The notes under the pieces: model-generated
Database searches by the model: none
Told to the model about the DNA's origin: nothing
Seen by the model: only the letters and a program-made list of their open reading frames with translations
In this document: positions 10,077 through 19,759 of the stretch, one piece after another
Layout of the letters: the number at the start of each line of letters is the position of its first letter
Numbering within the stretch: the first letter of the stretch is position 1
Position numbers and translations under genes: made by a program
NCBI GenBank assembly: GCA_965250285.1
Contig: OZ252299.1
Span: 3,680,001-3,744,000 of the forward strand
Direction: 5' to 3'
Source: Myxococcota bacterium
GTDB taxonomy: Bacteria; Myxococcota_A; UBA9160; UBA4427
Length of the DNA stretch: 64,000 bases

Positions 10077-11134
10077 GACAGCACCGCCGCCTGCTGGGGC
10101 GGGACACCCCCCGCCACGATGCGCTGATACGCGCGCTCGATCGCATCGGCGCCGGCGGCCCGCTCGATCTCGAGCCAGCCGCTCGACCACTGGGCGAACG
10201 GCTTCCAAGCGTCTGCAAACGCGCGGTGGTAGTGCTCGAGCCCCTCCGACGCCGCGCGCTCTTCGGCCACGTTCGGAATGAAGAAGAAGCGAGGGCCGGG
10301 CCCCGGCATGGGCAGCGGCTCATCCGACGGCGCGCGGTGGGTGGCGCCCACGAGCACCGAGTCGACGAGCCGATCGCCGAGCGCCACGTGCGCCGCGGAT
10401 GTCGCCCGCGCATTCCCCGCGATGTCGACGTAGGCCACTCGGGACGCAGCCTCGACGGCATCGAGCTCGTCGTACGTGCGCACGCGATCGTACACACCCA
10501 GGCCCTCGACGAATGATCGATTCGCCTGGGAAGTGATGCCGACGCACCGAGTGGGCGTGTCGAGATGAGAGATCGACCAGGCGAGCGACAGCGCAGTCTT
10601 GCTGGAGGCGCTCGACACGAAGACCTCGTCGACCGTCTCTACGAGCTCGCGCGCCAGCATCCAGCCCGTCATGAGCAGGGCCCAGAGCACGGGCTGCAGC
10701 GTCGCCGTGTCCTCGGCGAAGAGCGGGTCGCCCTCGCAGCGGTAGTAGCGGTTGTACCAGGCGTGCAGCGCTTCGCGGTGTGCGGTCGCATCCGAGAAGC
10801 ACAGGGTGCTCACATCGACCGGCTTGAGCGTGAGCGATGACGACATCGGCAGGTAGCCGAAGATGCGCTCGCCCACCGTGACCTCGGGGCATGCGCTCTC
10901 GGCAACGCAACCGAAGCCCCAGACCGGCACCCGCCCCCAGCCCGACTCGGCGGGGAAGTAGGCCCAGTAGCCGAGGGCATCGCCCATCGCCGCGTAGCTC
11001 ACGTTGTTGGTCGAGAGCCCGAACGACTCGACGTCGAGGCGGATCTCACCGGCCGCGAGCTCGGCGGCGTCGGAGGTATCGCGGAGCTGCGTCTGCGCCA
11101 CGTCGGCGCGGTTCACCAGGATGTCACTGCGCAC
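10067..11134 (-). CDS. DUF2855-like protein (medium-chain reductase-like fold)
   Basis: FGLSTNNVSYA..G....YW..FP, VPVWGF, SSASSKTA, FFFIP; GTG start after GAGGGAG; overlaps the next gene. Confidence 0.75.
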   Translation of the reverse strand: MRSDILVNRADVAQTQLRDTSDAAELAAGEIRLDVESFGLSTNNVSYAAMGDALGYWAYFPAESGWGRVPVWGFGCVAESACPEVTVGERIFGYLPMSSSLTLKPVDVSTLCFSDATAHREALHAWYNRYYRCEGDPLFAEDTATLQPVLWALLMTGWMLARELVETVDEVFVSSASSKTALSLAWSISHLDTPTRCVGITSQANRSFVEGLGVYDRVRTYDELDAVEAASRVAYVDIAGNARATSAAHVALGDRLVDSVLVGATHRAPSDEPLPMPGPGPRFFFIPNVAEERAASEGLEHYHRAFADAWKPFAQWSSGWLEIERAAGADAIERAYQRIVAGGVPPQQAAVLSWV

Positions 11135-11453
11135 GATCGGCTGCTCCCTCAATGTGTCGGCGTGGCCCTGCCGAGGCCGTACGGCCTCTTCGTCGTCGAT
11201 CTCGACCGAGTCGGGGCTCAGGTGCCCCCGACGAGCGGACAGCGCAAGGATCGTCGGCGCCACCCGTCCCGGCAAGGTGGGCGGAGCCCGCGCAAGGTCG
11301 GCCTCGGGCGAGTCGCTGGCGGCGGCTCAGCTCTCGCCCGAAGCCTGTCGCGGCCGTCGCGCGCATCGACCGGAGCCGTGTCACGCGAGAAAAGAACGAG
11401 GCATCGAAGGCTTTCACGAGCCGCCCACGATCCGCGCTGGCTCGGAGGCCGGC

Positions 11454-12233
11454 ATGCGACCCCTCCTCCCGCTTCTGGCGTGCATCGCTGCGGTCGTGGC
11501 GACCGACACCCCCATCGAGGCTGAGCCCCTGGATCTCGAGCCGACCGAGTACATCGACTCGACGCACCCCGACATCGCGTCGACCGTGGCGACGATCGCG
11601 CCCGAAGCCCTCTCGCAGCGCGAGCGCGCGATCCGGCTGCACGACTTCGTTCGCGACGAGATCGCGTTCGGTTGGGCGCCGGCCTTCTACGACCAGAAGG
11701 CTTCCGAGGTGCTCTCGAGCCGAGTCGGCTTCTGCAACACGAAGTCGACGCTCTTCGTCGCGCTCTTGCGCAGCGCGGGCATTCCCGCGCGCCAGCACTT
11801 CGTCGACATCGACGCGCGGATCCTGAGCGGCCTCATCGACCCGGGCACACCGTACGTCGACCATTCGTTCGTCGAGGTCGAAATCGAAGGCCGATGGATG
11901 CGCGTCGACAGCTTCATCATCGACGCACTGCTCGCCAAAAAAGCGAGGGCGCGTCTCGAACGCGAAGGAAAGCGCGTCGGCTACGGCGCCCACCGAGGTG
12001 GCGTATCGAGCTGGGACGCGACGGGTGACGCCTTCTCGCAGTTCGTCGACGACGGGTCGCATCCGGGCCTCACGAACGAAGATCACGGGGTGTTTCGAGA
12101 CGTGGGCGCATTCTACGCGTCGGGCCTCGGCCGAAATCGATTGAATCCCCTGCTCCGGATCGGCTTTCGTTTCTTCGCGCGAAGGGCGAATGGGCGGATC
12201 GATGCCATCCGGTCGTCGGGAGAGACGCCCTGA
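11454..12233 (+). CDS. Secreted transglutaminase-like domain protein
   Basis: Signal-like N-terminus; GFCNTKSTLFVALLRSAGIPAR (Cys), HSFVEV (His), W.RVD (Asp). Confidence 0.82.
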   Translation: MRPLLPLLACIAAVVATDTPIEAEPLDLEPTEYIDSTHPDIASTVATIAPEALSQRERAIRLHDFVRDEIAFGWAPAFYDQKASEVLSSRVGFCNTKSTLFVALLRSAGIPARQHFVDIDARILSGLIDPGTPYVDHSFVEVEIEGRWMRVDSFIIDALLAKKARARLEREGKRVGYGAHRGGVSSWDATGDAFSQFVDDGSHPGLTNEDHGVFRDVGAFYASGLGRNRLNPLLRIGFRFFARRANGRIDAIRSSGETP

Positions 12234-12345
12234 CAGGCGCCCCGGCGGCCGGCCGAAACGTTCGGTCACGTTCGGCGAGCCGACCCTGCGTGACCATCGA
12301 CGACCAGGTCGCGGGTCGGGGATCAACGATGCGCACCCCCCGCGC

Positions 12346-13149
12346 TCAGCTCGAAGCCGCGATCGTCAGCGGCTCGACCTCGGGCCAGGCTTCGGCGCCG
12401 TTACTCCGCAGCATCTCGACGGCCGCGGGCACGATCCAATCTTCGACGGCCACCGCGTAGGCGGGCAGCGCCTTCACGCGCGCGAGCCAATCGGCGACGC
12501 GCGGCCGCTGCGACGGGTCGAGCACGGCATCCATCGCGAGGTGCTCGAGCCGCAGCACGTAGGGCAGAAGAGAAGCGTCGGCGAGGCCGAACATCGAGCC
12601 CGACAGCCACGGGCCTTCGGCGAGCTCACGCTCCATGCGATCGAGCGTATCGAGGAAGACACGCAGCGCGCCGGCGAACTCGGGCGCCCGTGCACCGTGC
12701 TCGAGCACGCTGCGGCGAATCGCGCGCTGTGCGGGGTCGGGGATGCGGGCGAGATTCGCCTCGCGCACGGCTTCGGGCTGCTCGAGCAGCGCGCGCCGAG
12801 GCCCGATCGCGAACGTGACGGTTGGCGCCGCGGGATGCAGCGCGGCGTCGAGGTGCATGAGCCACGCGTCGACGTGATAGCGGCCCAGCGCGTCGCTCGG
12901 TCGCATCGGCGGCTCGGGGAAGGCGTCATCGAGATACTTGACGATCAGAGAGGACTCGACGAGCGGGCGGCCATCGTGCACGAGCGTCGGCACGACGTGC
13001 TTGGGATTGAGCTTCACGTAGTCAGGCGCGTGCTGCTCGCCCGCCATCAGGTTCACCTCGCGCGACTCGAACGCGACGCCCTTCTCCGCCAGCACGAGGC
13101 GGACCTTCTGCGAGCAGGTCGAGAAGCCGAAGTGGTAGAGCTCGATCAC
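12346..13149 (-). CDS. Glutathione S-transferase family protein
   Basis: STCSQKVRLVL.EKG, LNPKHVVPTL, ESSLI..YLD; GTG start after GGAGG. Confidence 0.88.
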   Translation of the reverse strand: MIELYHFGFSTCSQKVRLVLAEKGVAFESREVNLMAGEQHAPDYVKLNPKHVVPTLVHDGRPLVESSLIVKYLDDAFPEPPMRPSDALGRYHVDAWLMHLDAALHPAAPTVTFAIGPRRALLEQPEAVREANLARIPDPAQRAIRRSVLEHGARAPEFAGALRVFLDTLDRMERELAEGPWLSGSMFGLADASLLPYVLRLEHLAMDAVLDPSQRPRVADWLARVKALPAYAVAVEDWIVPAAVEMLRSNGAEAWPEVEPLTIAASS

Positions 13150-13236
13150 GGCGCATCCTCCCATCGCCTGGTCTTCCGAATCGTCCGAGCCGGAAAGTCG
13201 TCGGCCGTCGACGCGCTTTGCCTGGTCAGCCCAAGC

Positions 13237-13286
13237 TATTCGATCGACCAGCCAAAATTCGCAGCTTGCATTTGACTTGTCAAATG
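13237..13286. promoter_or_regulatory. TetR operator sites in the GST/TetR divergent promoter
   Basis: Perfect CATTTGAC-TT-GTCAAATG (13269-13286) and TATTCGATCGACCAGCCAAAAT (13237-13258), which recurs at 14019. Confidence 0.7.
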
Positions 13287-13300
13287 AATAAAGTGATGTC

Positions 13301-13915
13301 ATGGCGGCGAGCACTCCGACTGCGCGCGATCGACAGCGTGAGGCGACCCGCGAGCGGATCGTCGAGGCGGCCGTCGAGGTCTTCGCCGAGAAGAGCTTCG
13401 CCGGCGCGAGCACGCGCGAGATCGCTCGCCGGGCCGAGACCAACCAGGGCCTCATCACGTATCACTTCAACAGCAAGGAAGACCTGTGGCGCGCCGCCGC
13501 AGACCACATCTTCAATCGACTCGGCGCACAATTGACGGAGCGCCTCGGCGCGCTCGAGCTCTCGGCCCCCCGCGAACGGGCGCGCGAGGGCATCAGGCAG
13601 TACGTGCGGTTCGCGGCCGCACACCCCGAGCTCTTCCGCATCATGGTCGACGAGGGGCGGGTCGCCGACGAACGCATGAACTGGCTCGTCGACACGCACC
13701 TGCGCCCCCGCTTCGAGTCCATCGTGAAGGGGCTCGTCGACGTGGTCGGGATCGACGACTCGATGCTGCCGCATGCGTTCTATGCGCTCGCGGGGGCGGC
13801 TTCGTTGATGTTCGCCGTCGCGCCCGAGTGTCGGCGGCTCACGGGCCTCGACCCGCACACGGCGCAGGCCATCGAGACCCACGCCGACTACGTCGCGCAT
13901 CTGCTCGTCCCCTAG
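13301..13915 (+). CDS. TetR/AcrR family transcriptional regulator
   Basis: HTH motif FAEKSFAGASTREIARRAETNQGLITYHFNSKEDLW. Confidence 0.9.
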   Translation: MAASTPTARDRQREATRERIVEAAVEVFAEKSFAGASTREIARRAETNQGLITYHFNSKEDLWRAAADHIFNRLGAQLTERLGALELSAPRERAREGIRQYVRFAAAHPELFRIMVDEGRVADERMNWLVDTHLRPRFESIVKGLVDVVGIDDSMLPHAFYALAGAASLMFAVAPECRRLTGLDPHTAQAIETHADYVAHLLVP

Positions 13916-14018
13916 CCCCCTCTCTGCCCCAGATCTCCTCCGGCGACGGCGCCTGAGCGGTCTGAGGCCGCGCTCAGCCCGCTGAGCCGGCTGGCCGGTC
14001 GCCTCGCACGTACGAAAT

Positions 14019-14077
14019 TATTCGATTGACAAGCCAAAATCACTGGTGCATATTCTGGCTGTTCAATTGACCAGCCA
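14019..14077. promoter_or_regulatory. TetR operator sites upstream of the monooxygenase operon
   Basis: TATTCGATTGACAAGCCAAAAT (14019-14040; 20/22 identical to 13237-13258) and near-perfect palindrome TGGCTGTTCAATTGACCAGCCA (14056-14077). Confidence 0.7.
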
Positions 14078-14094
14078 AATGGATCGGAGCCGAG

Positions 14095-15831
14095 ATGAAG
14101 CGAATCGAGACCGACGTCCTGGTGATCGGAGCCGGACCGGCGGGCCTGACCGCGAGCGCCCTGCTGGCCCGCCTCGGCATCGACGCGCTGACGCTGACCA
14201 AGTACGCCACAGCCGACGCCCCGCGCGCGCACATCACCAACCAGCGCGCCGTCGAGGTGTTTCGAGACCTCGGCATCGAAGAGAAGGTGCAGGCCCGCGC
14301 GCTGCCCCATCACCTGATGGGCAAGCAGGTCTTCGCCACGTCGTTTGCGGGTCGCGAGCTCTCGCGGCTCATGACGTGGGGGACGGGGGACGACCGCATC
14401 GGCGACTACCGAGCCGCGAGCCCCTGTCAGATGTGCAACGCACCCCAGCACATTCTCGAGCCGATCCTCCTCGAGCGCGCGCAGCAGCTCGGTGCCGACA
14501 TCCGGCTGCATCATGAGGTGGTCTCGGTGACGCAGACCGAGCGGGGCGTGACCGCGCATGTGCGTCCCCGCGACGGCAGCGACGAGTTCGAGGTGGCCGC
14601 GCTCTACGCGATCGGATGCGACGGCGCGCGCACCGTGGTCGGGCGCGACGGCGGCTTCGAGTACGAGGGCGAGACCGGGCTCGGCGATGCCGTCACGGTG
14701 TGGATCGAAGCCGACCTCTCGAAGTACACCGCCCACCGGTCGGGTGCCCTCTTCTTCACCGTCAACCCCGCCAGCCCCGACATGCTCAGCATCTGGACCT
14801 GCGTCGAGCCCTGGACCGAGTGGAGCACGATCCTCCTGCGCCCCGACCTCTCGTCGAACGACCTCGAAGAGACGGCGGTAGCCGAGAGCGTACGCGTCGC
14901 CATCGGCGACGACGACATCCCCTTCACCATCAAGAAGACGAGCGCCTGGCAGTTCAACCACATCGTCGCGTCGGGCTACCGACGCGGGCGGCTCTTCATC
15001 GCGGGTGACGCCGCGCACCGCCATCCCCCCGCGAACGGCCTCGGCAGCAACACGTCGATCCAGGACGCGTACAACCTGGCGTGGAAGCTGGCGCTCGTCG
15101 TCCGCGGCCAGGCCGATGACGTCCTGCTCGACAGCTACAGCGACGAGCGACAGCCCGTCGGCCGACAGGTCGTCGATCGCGCCAACCAGAGCGTGCGCGA
15201 GATGCCCGCGTGGCTGGCCGCGCTCGGCCTCACGCCCGGCATGAGCTCGGATCAAGTCGACGCGCGGCTCGCCGAGCTCTACGGCCCCGAGGGCCACGAC
15301 CAGCGCGAAGCCCTGCTCGCCGGCCTCGAGCTGATGCACGGCCAGTTCAACGCCCACGGCGTCGAGCTCGGGCAGCGCTACCGCTCCGGGGCCGTCGCGG
15401 AGGAAGCGGCGCCGCCGCCCTCGCCCGCCCGCGACGCCGAGCTCTACTTCGAGCCGTCGACTCACCCCGGCAGCCCGGTCCCGCACGCCTGGCTCGCGGC
15501 CCACGACCGCGACGTCTCGACGCTCGACCTGTGCGCCTACGACCGGTTCACGGTGATCACGGGCGCCGGTGGCCAGGCGTGGCTCGACGCCGCCGGGAAG
15601 GTCGCGGCGGAGCTGAATGTGCCGATCGAAGGCGTCGCGGTCTCGCTCGGCCTCGAAACGAACGACGTCTACGGCGACTGGATGCGCCGCCGCGAGATCG
15701 GCGATCGGGGTTGCCTGCTCGTTCGCCCCGATCGCATCATTGCGTGGCGCGCGTTCGATCTCGAAGGTGACCCGACCGACGCGCTTCGCAGCGCGATGTC
15801 CAACCTGCTCGGAAAGGGAACGTCCGCATGA
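14095..15831 (+). CDS. FAD-dependent aromatic hydroxylase, TfdB (2,4-dichlorophenol 6-monooxygenase)-like
   Basis: GAGPAG, PRAHITNQR, IGCDGAR, GDAAHRHPPANGLGSNTSIQDAYNLAWK, C-terminal LVRPD. Confidence 0.88.
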   Translation: MKRIETDVLVIGAGPAGLTASALLARLGIDALTLTKYATADAPRAHITNQRAVEVFRDLGIEEKVQARALPHHLMGKQVFATSFAGRELSRLMTWGTGDDRIGDYRAASPCQMCNAPQHILEPILLERAQQLGADIRLHHEVVSVTQTERGVTAHVRPRDGSDEFEVAALYAIGCDGARTVVGRDGGFEYEGETGLGDAVTVWIEADLSKYTAHRSGALFFTVNPASPDMLSIWTCVEPWTEWSTILLRPDLSSNDLEETAVAESVRVAIGDDDIPFTIKKTSAWQFNHIVASGYRRGRLFIAGDAAHRHPPANGLGSNTSIQDAYNLAWKLALVVRGQADDVLLDSYSDERQPVGRQVVDRANQSVREMPAWLAALGLTPGMSSDQVDARLAELYGPEGHDQREALLAGLELMHGQFNAHGVELGQRYRSGAVAEEAAPPPSPARDAELYFEPSTHPGSPVPHAWLAAHDRDVSTLDLCAYDRFTVITGAGGQAWLDAAGKVAAELNVPIEGVAVSLGLETNDVYGDWMRRREIGDRGCLLVRPDRIIAWRAFDLEGDPTDALRSAMSNLLGKGTSA

Positions 15832-16385
15832 CCGACACGACCAAGACCCCTCGACTCAGCCTCTCTCACACGACGCTCGCCGCGCGCGACCTCGACCAGC
15901 TCGCCGGGTTCTACCGCGACGTGCTCGGCTTTCACGTCACGAACCGCGGACCGGTGCCCGGTGGCTCTGAGATCGCGTTCCTCAGCCAGGATCCGGGTGA
16001 ACACCATCAGATCGCCATGGTGGGCGGGCTCGAGCCGCCGAGCGCCGACTTCGTGATGGTGGATCACCTCGCGTTCCGCACCGCGACCCTCGACGACCTG
16101 CGTGCCATCCGCGCGAAGCTCGACGCCGCCCAAGTCGAAGGCGTCATTCCGATCTGCCACGGCAACGCCTGGTCGCTCTACTTCAACGACCCCGAAGGCA
16201 ACGGTCTCGAGTGCTTCGTCGACTCGCCCTTCCACGTCGCGCAGCCCTTCGCGCAGGGCTTCGACCTGGATCAGTCGGACGAAGACATCCTCGAGGCGAC
16301 GCGCAAGATGGTCGAGGGCGAGCCCGAGTTCGCGCCGATGGGCGAATGGAGCGCCGCGTTCGCGAAGCGCCTCGACGAGAGCTGA
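15828..16385 (+). CDS. VOC (glyoxalase/extradiol dioxygenase) superfamily protein
   Basis: SH......RDL.....FY..VLGF, EHHQIA, DHLAFR, SLYFNDPEGNGLE; ATGA overlap with the monooxygenase. Confidence 0.85.
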   Translation: MTDTTKTPRLSLSHTTLAARDLDQLAGFYRDVLGFHVTNRGPVPGGSEIAFLSQDPGEHHQIAMVGGLEPPSADFVMVDHLAFRTATLDDLRAIRAKLDAAQVEGVIPICHGNAWSLYFNDPEGNGLECFVDSPFHVAQPFAQGFDLDQSDEDILEATRKMVEGEPEFAPMGEWSAAFAKRLDES

Positions 16386-16395
16386 AGCAGGGGCG

Positions 16396-17100
16396 CTACC
16401 CCTGCCGACCCATCAGCCCCTTCACGTTCGACTCGATCGTCGACTCGAGGAGCGCGATCGTCGGCGCGTGCGCCATGCGCTTGTTGTTGCGGAACGCGGG
16501 CTGCTGCAGCGTCGTCGCGAAACGGGTCGCCACTTCGATCGCGCGCGCTTCGAGCGCGTCGGCCTCGACCACCTCGTCGAGCATGCCGCAATCGGCCGCG
16601 GCCTCGGGCCCGTAGATCTCCGACTGCACGATCACCCGGTCATAGTGACGCTTCGAGAGCGCCGCGCGAGCGAACTCGATCGCGAAATCGGGCAGCGTCA
16701 TCCCGATCGCCGTCTCGTTCGCCTGATACTTGAAGCGACCCGTCGCGCCGACCCGGTAGTCGCAGACCATGGCCATGAAGAGACCCATCGCGACGGCGTG
16801 GCCGCCGACGGCGGCGATGATCGGCTTCGGATGCGTGTAGATCTGGAGCGCGAGCTTCCCGCCGTTGGCCACCATCTCGGCCGCCGCTTCGGGGCCCTGG
16901 GCCATCGTTCCGAGGTCGAAGCCGGCCGAGAACATGCCGGGCCGGCCCGTGAGCACGACGGCGTTCGCGTCCTTCTCGGCGGCCTCGAGCGCGGCCATCA
17001 GCTCGGTCGAGAGCGCGGTCGATACCGCGTTGGGCTTGCCGTTGTCCATGCGCAGGACGCGCACGCCTTCGTCGTGGTCTTCGGTCTGGATCAGGGACAT
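16396..17100 (-). CDS. Crotonase/enoyl-CoA hydratase family protein
   Basis: FSAGFDL, P.IIAA..GHAVAMG, NETAIG. Confidence 0.88.
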   Translation of the reverse strand: MSLIQTEDHDEGVRVLRMDNGKPNAVSTALSTELMAALEAAEKDANAVVLTGRPGMFSAGFDLGTMAQGPEAAAEMVANGGKLALQIYTHPKPIIAAVGGHAVAMGLFMAMVCDYRVGATGRFKYQANETAIGMTLPDFAIEFARAALSKRHYDRVIVQSEIYGPEAAADCGMLDEVVEADALEARAIEVATRFATTLQQPAFRNNKRMAHAPTIALLESTIESNVKGLMGRQG

Positions 17101-17155
17101 CGGGGCTCCTCGTAGATGGGACGCGCCTTGAGTGGATACATCAGTCTTCGCCGGA

Positions 17156-17890
17156 TCAGAGATCGGATCGCAGCCGGTCGTTCGACGCGATCGAGGCGCC
17201 TCCCGACGCGTAGCTCTCGCGCCGCTCCTTGCTCCAGCGATCGACCTCGCCCTCGGGTACGCCGTAGGCGAGCCCACGGCCGACGCCCGGCCGAGCCCGG
17301 ACGCGATCGATCCACGCCATCACGTTCGGCCGATCGGTGATGTCGACCTTGCTCCACTTCCAGCCGCGCAGCCACGGGTAGATCGCGATATCGGCGATCG
17401 TGAACGTGTCGCCGCAGACGAAGTCGTGGCCCTCGAGCTGACGGTCGAGCACGCCCGAGAGCCGCCGCGCCTCGGTGCCGAACCGTTCGAGGGGGTGAGC
17501 GCGCGCTTCGTCGGGCACGTCGGTGATGTAGCGGGTGTACGCGAGCTTGTTTCCGAAGATCGGGCCGACGTTGGCCGCCTGCCAGTAGACCCACGGCAAT
17601 ACGTCCCAGCGCGCGTCGCCCTCGGGCAAGAGCGGTGAAGGGAGCTTCTCGCCGAGATACTGGAGGATCGCGCAGCTCTCGATCACGTTGCGGTCGCCAT
17701 CGCGCAGCGCCGGGATCTTCTGGTTGGGATTGACCGCGGTGAAGGCATCGCTGAACTGATCGCCCTGCATGATGTTGATCGGCGTGACGGTCAGATCCGA
17801 GAGCGCGAAGCCCGCTTCGCGGAGCTCCTCGACCATGATCGTCACCTTCCAACCGTTGGGCGTGGGCGACGTGAAGAGTTCCATCGGCAT
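17156..17890 (-). CDS. Glutathione S-transferase, YfcG/YghU-like
   Basis: TPNGWKV, NPNQKIPAL, ESCAILQYL, TIADIAIYPW. Confidence 0.88.
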   Translation of the reverse strand: MPMELFTSPTPNGWKVTIMVEELREAGFALSDLTVTPINIMQGDQFSDAFTAVNPNQKIPALRDGDRNVIESCAILQYLGEKLPSPLLPEGDARWDVLPWVYWQAANVGPIFGNKLAYTRYITDVPDEARAHPLERFGTEARRLSGVLDRQLEGHDFVCGDTFTIADIAIYPWLRGWKWSKVDITDRPNVMAWIDRVRARPGVGRGLAYGVPEGEVDRWSKERRESYASGGASIASNDRLRSDL

Positions 17891-18109
17891 GGGCACCTCG
17901 GGCGCGTCGCGGGGTCGACGACGCATGGGGAGATCGGGCGATTCAGACTGAGTCCACGTCGACGGTCGAGCGCGGGGCGCTCGCCGGCGCCTGGGAAACC
18001 ATCCAACAGAACTCGCGCCCGTGCACGCGGGCGCGGCCGCATCGGCTCGAGCGGGTCGACAGCCACACCTCAGGCACGTGGGCAGAGCTGAGCGCCGCCC
18101 GGCCCCGCC

Positions 18110-19759
18110 TCAGACGCGCAGGCGAAGGTGCGCCCCGGCCAGGCCCGTCAGAATCACCACCAACGCCACGAGGCCCGGGGCCGGCAGGACGGGGACGGCC
18201 TCGGCGACCGGAACACGCTGGCTGCCGACCAGCGGAATCGTGACCGACGAAGGTCGAGCCGCGTCGAGGTACACCACGTTCGAGCTGAACTCGAAGAACG
18301 GCAGAAATCGCAGCACATCCGACTCGGGGGTGTGGCCGTTCGTCGGGTTGACGTCCTGGTCGTCGCGATTCGTGATCTCGAGCCGAATTCGATGCCCGGC
18401 CGGGATCCGACGCCCGGTGATGCTCAACGGGATCGTCAGCGTCGCGGGCGACGTGTCGGCCATCGCGCTGCCCACCGCCAACAGAATGGGCTCGTCACTC
18501 GCGGATACGTCGAACAGATGGACGTTCAGCTGATAGCGACTGCCGGTGCCTTCGACGTAGAGCGTTGCGGTCGGCTCTCCGACGACGAGCGCCTCGTCGA
18601 GGAGGGGGTCGGTCTCATAGGTCAGGACGTCGCGATTGAACGCGCTGCGAAGCGTATTGGGGTTGAAGTTCGGCGCGGTCGCCCACGTGAGGGCGCCCGG
18701 ATCGTTGACGAACGCATCGCTGGCACCGACGCTCGCGGGCGCGACGGGATCGAGCCGACTCGAAGGGCCGAGGTAGAGCGTATCGGTGGCCTGCCCCGGC
18801 GGCGGCCAGCTCGCGTACGAGACGTGCTCGTTGGTGCCCAGCAAGGCGACGCGGATCGCGTCTTCGGCGTCGATGCCCGTCGCCTCACCCTTCAAGTGGT
18901 AGTCGAACCAACGCAGGCGCAGATCGTCTCGAAAGGCCGAGTCGTTGTTCGGCGTGCCGTGTCCGCCGGTGCCCAGATAGACCATGCGCTGCGACGAGGC
19001 GGTGAGGGCCAGATGGTCGCTGACCGCGTGCGTGCCGGGCCATCGCGCATCCAACAGAGCCAGGTGGTTCTGAACCGGGATCGTGATCGACGGAAAGTTG
19101 GCGATCACCGGCCCCATGACCGCATCGAACGTCGACTCGACCAAAGCGCTCGGGTACTCGCCACCGAGCACCAATGCGGTGTCGGCCCCGGTCACACGCT
19201 CGAGACTGCCCTGGCTCACGATGTAGTCGACGAAGTTGTGGTAGGCGAAGTTGTAGGGGACGGCGGTCGCGAGCGCGTCGGTCAGCAGCACGCCCGACCA
19301 CGTCGTGTAGCCGCCGAGCGAGTTGCCCGTCATCCCGAAAGCGGCCGCGTTCATCGGCAACGTGACGCCGGCTTCGGCTTCGAAGCCGGTCAACAGCCAC
19401 GCCTTCAGGGCAACGATGTCGTTGGCGAAGTTGGGGGGCAGCCACTCGTCCGATGGCCGGTTGGTGTAGGACAGGGTGACGTACCCAAAGTCGGCGTAGC
19501 TGCCGGCCAGGCCCGAGTTCGAGTTCTTGCTCCCGCCGGCACCGTGCGCAAAGAAGACGACGGGCCAGCCGCCCGCGGGCGGGCTGCCCGTGTCGGGCCA
19601 GCGGACGTCCACATCGAGGTCGACGCCCGGCGCGACGTTGACGAACGTCGCATACGGTCCGTTGAAGGCATGTGCACTGGCGGCCCCCAAGCAGAACGCG
19701 AGCGCGGTCGCGAGCAGAGATGAAGGCAGGCCGAATCGACCCAGGGTCTTGGCCTTCAT
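18110..19759 (-). CDS. Secreted CocE/NonD (S15)-like alpha/beta hydrolase with IPTL-CTERM-like anchor
   Basis: Signal peptide ending ASAHA; HGAGG, GNSLGG nucleophile elbow; C-terminal PAGHRIRLEIT domain; tail VPVL+TM+RLR. Confidence 0.78.
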   Translation of the reverse strand: MKAKTLGRFGLPSSLLATALAFCLGAASAHAFNGPYATFVNVAPGVDLDVDVRWPDTGSPPAGGWPVVFFAHGAGGSKNSNSGLAGSYADFGYVTLSYTNRPSDEWLPPNFANDIVALKAWLLTGFEAEAGVTLPMNAAAFGMTGNSLGGYTTWSGVLLTDALATAVPYNFAYHNFVDYIVSQGSLERVTGADTALVLGGEYPSALVESTFDAVMGPVIANFPSITIPVQNHLALLDARWPGTHAVSDHLALTASSQRMVYLGTGGHGTPNNDSAFRDDLRLRWFDYHLKGEATGIDAEDAIRVALLGTNEHVSYASWPPPGQATDTLYLGPSSRLDPVAPASVGASDAFVNDPGALTWATAPNFNPNTLRSAFNRDVLTYETDPLLDEALVVGEPTATLYVEGTGSRYQLNVHLFDVSASDEPILLAVGSAMADTSPATLTIPLSITGRRIPAGHRIRLEITNRDDQDVNPTNGHTPESDVLRFLPFFEFSSNVVYLDAARPSSVTIPLVGSQRVPVAEAVPVLPAPGLVALVVILTGLAGAHLRLRV

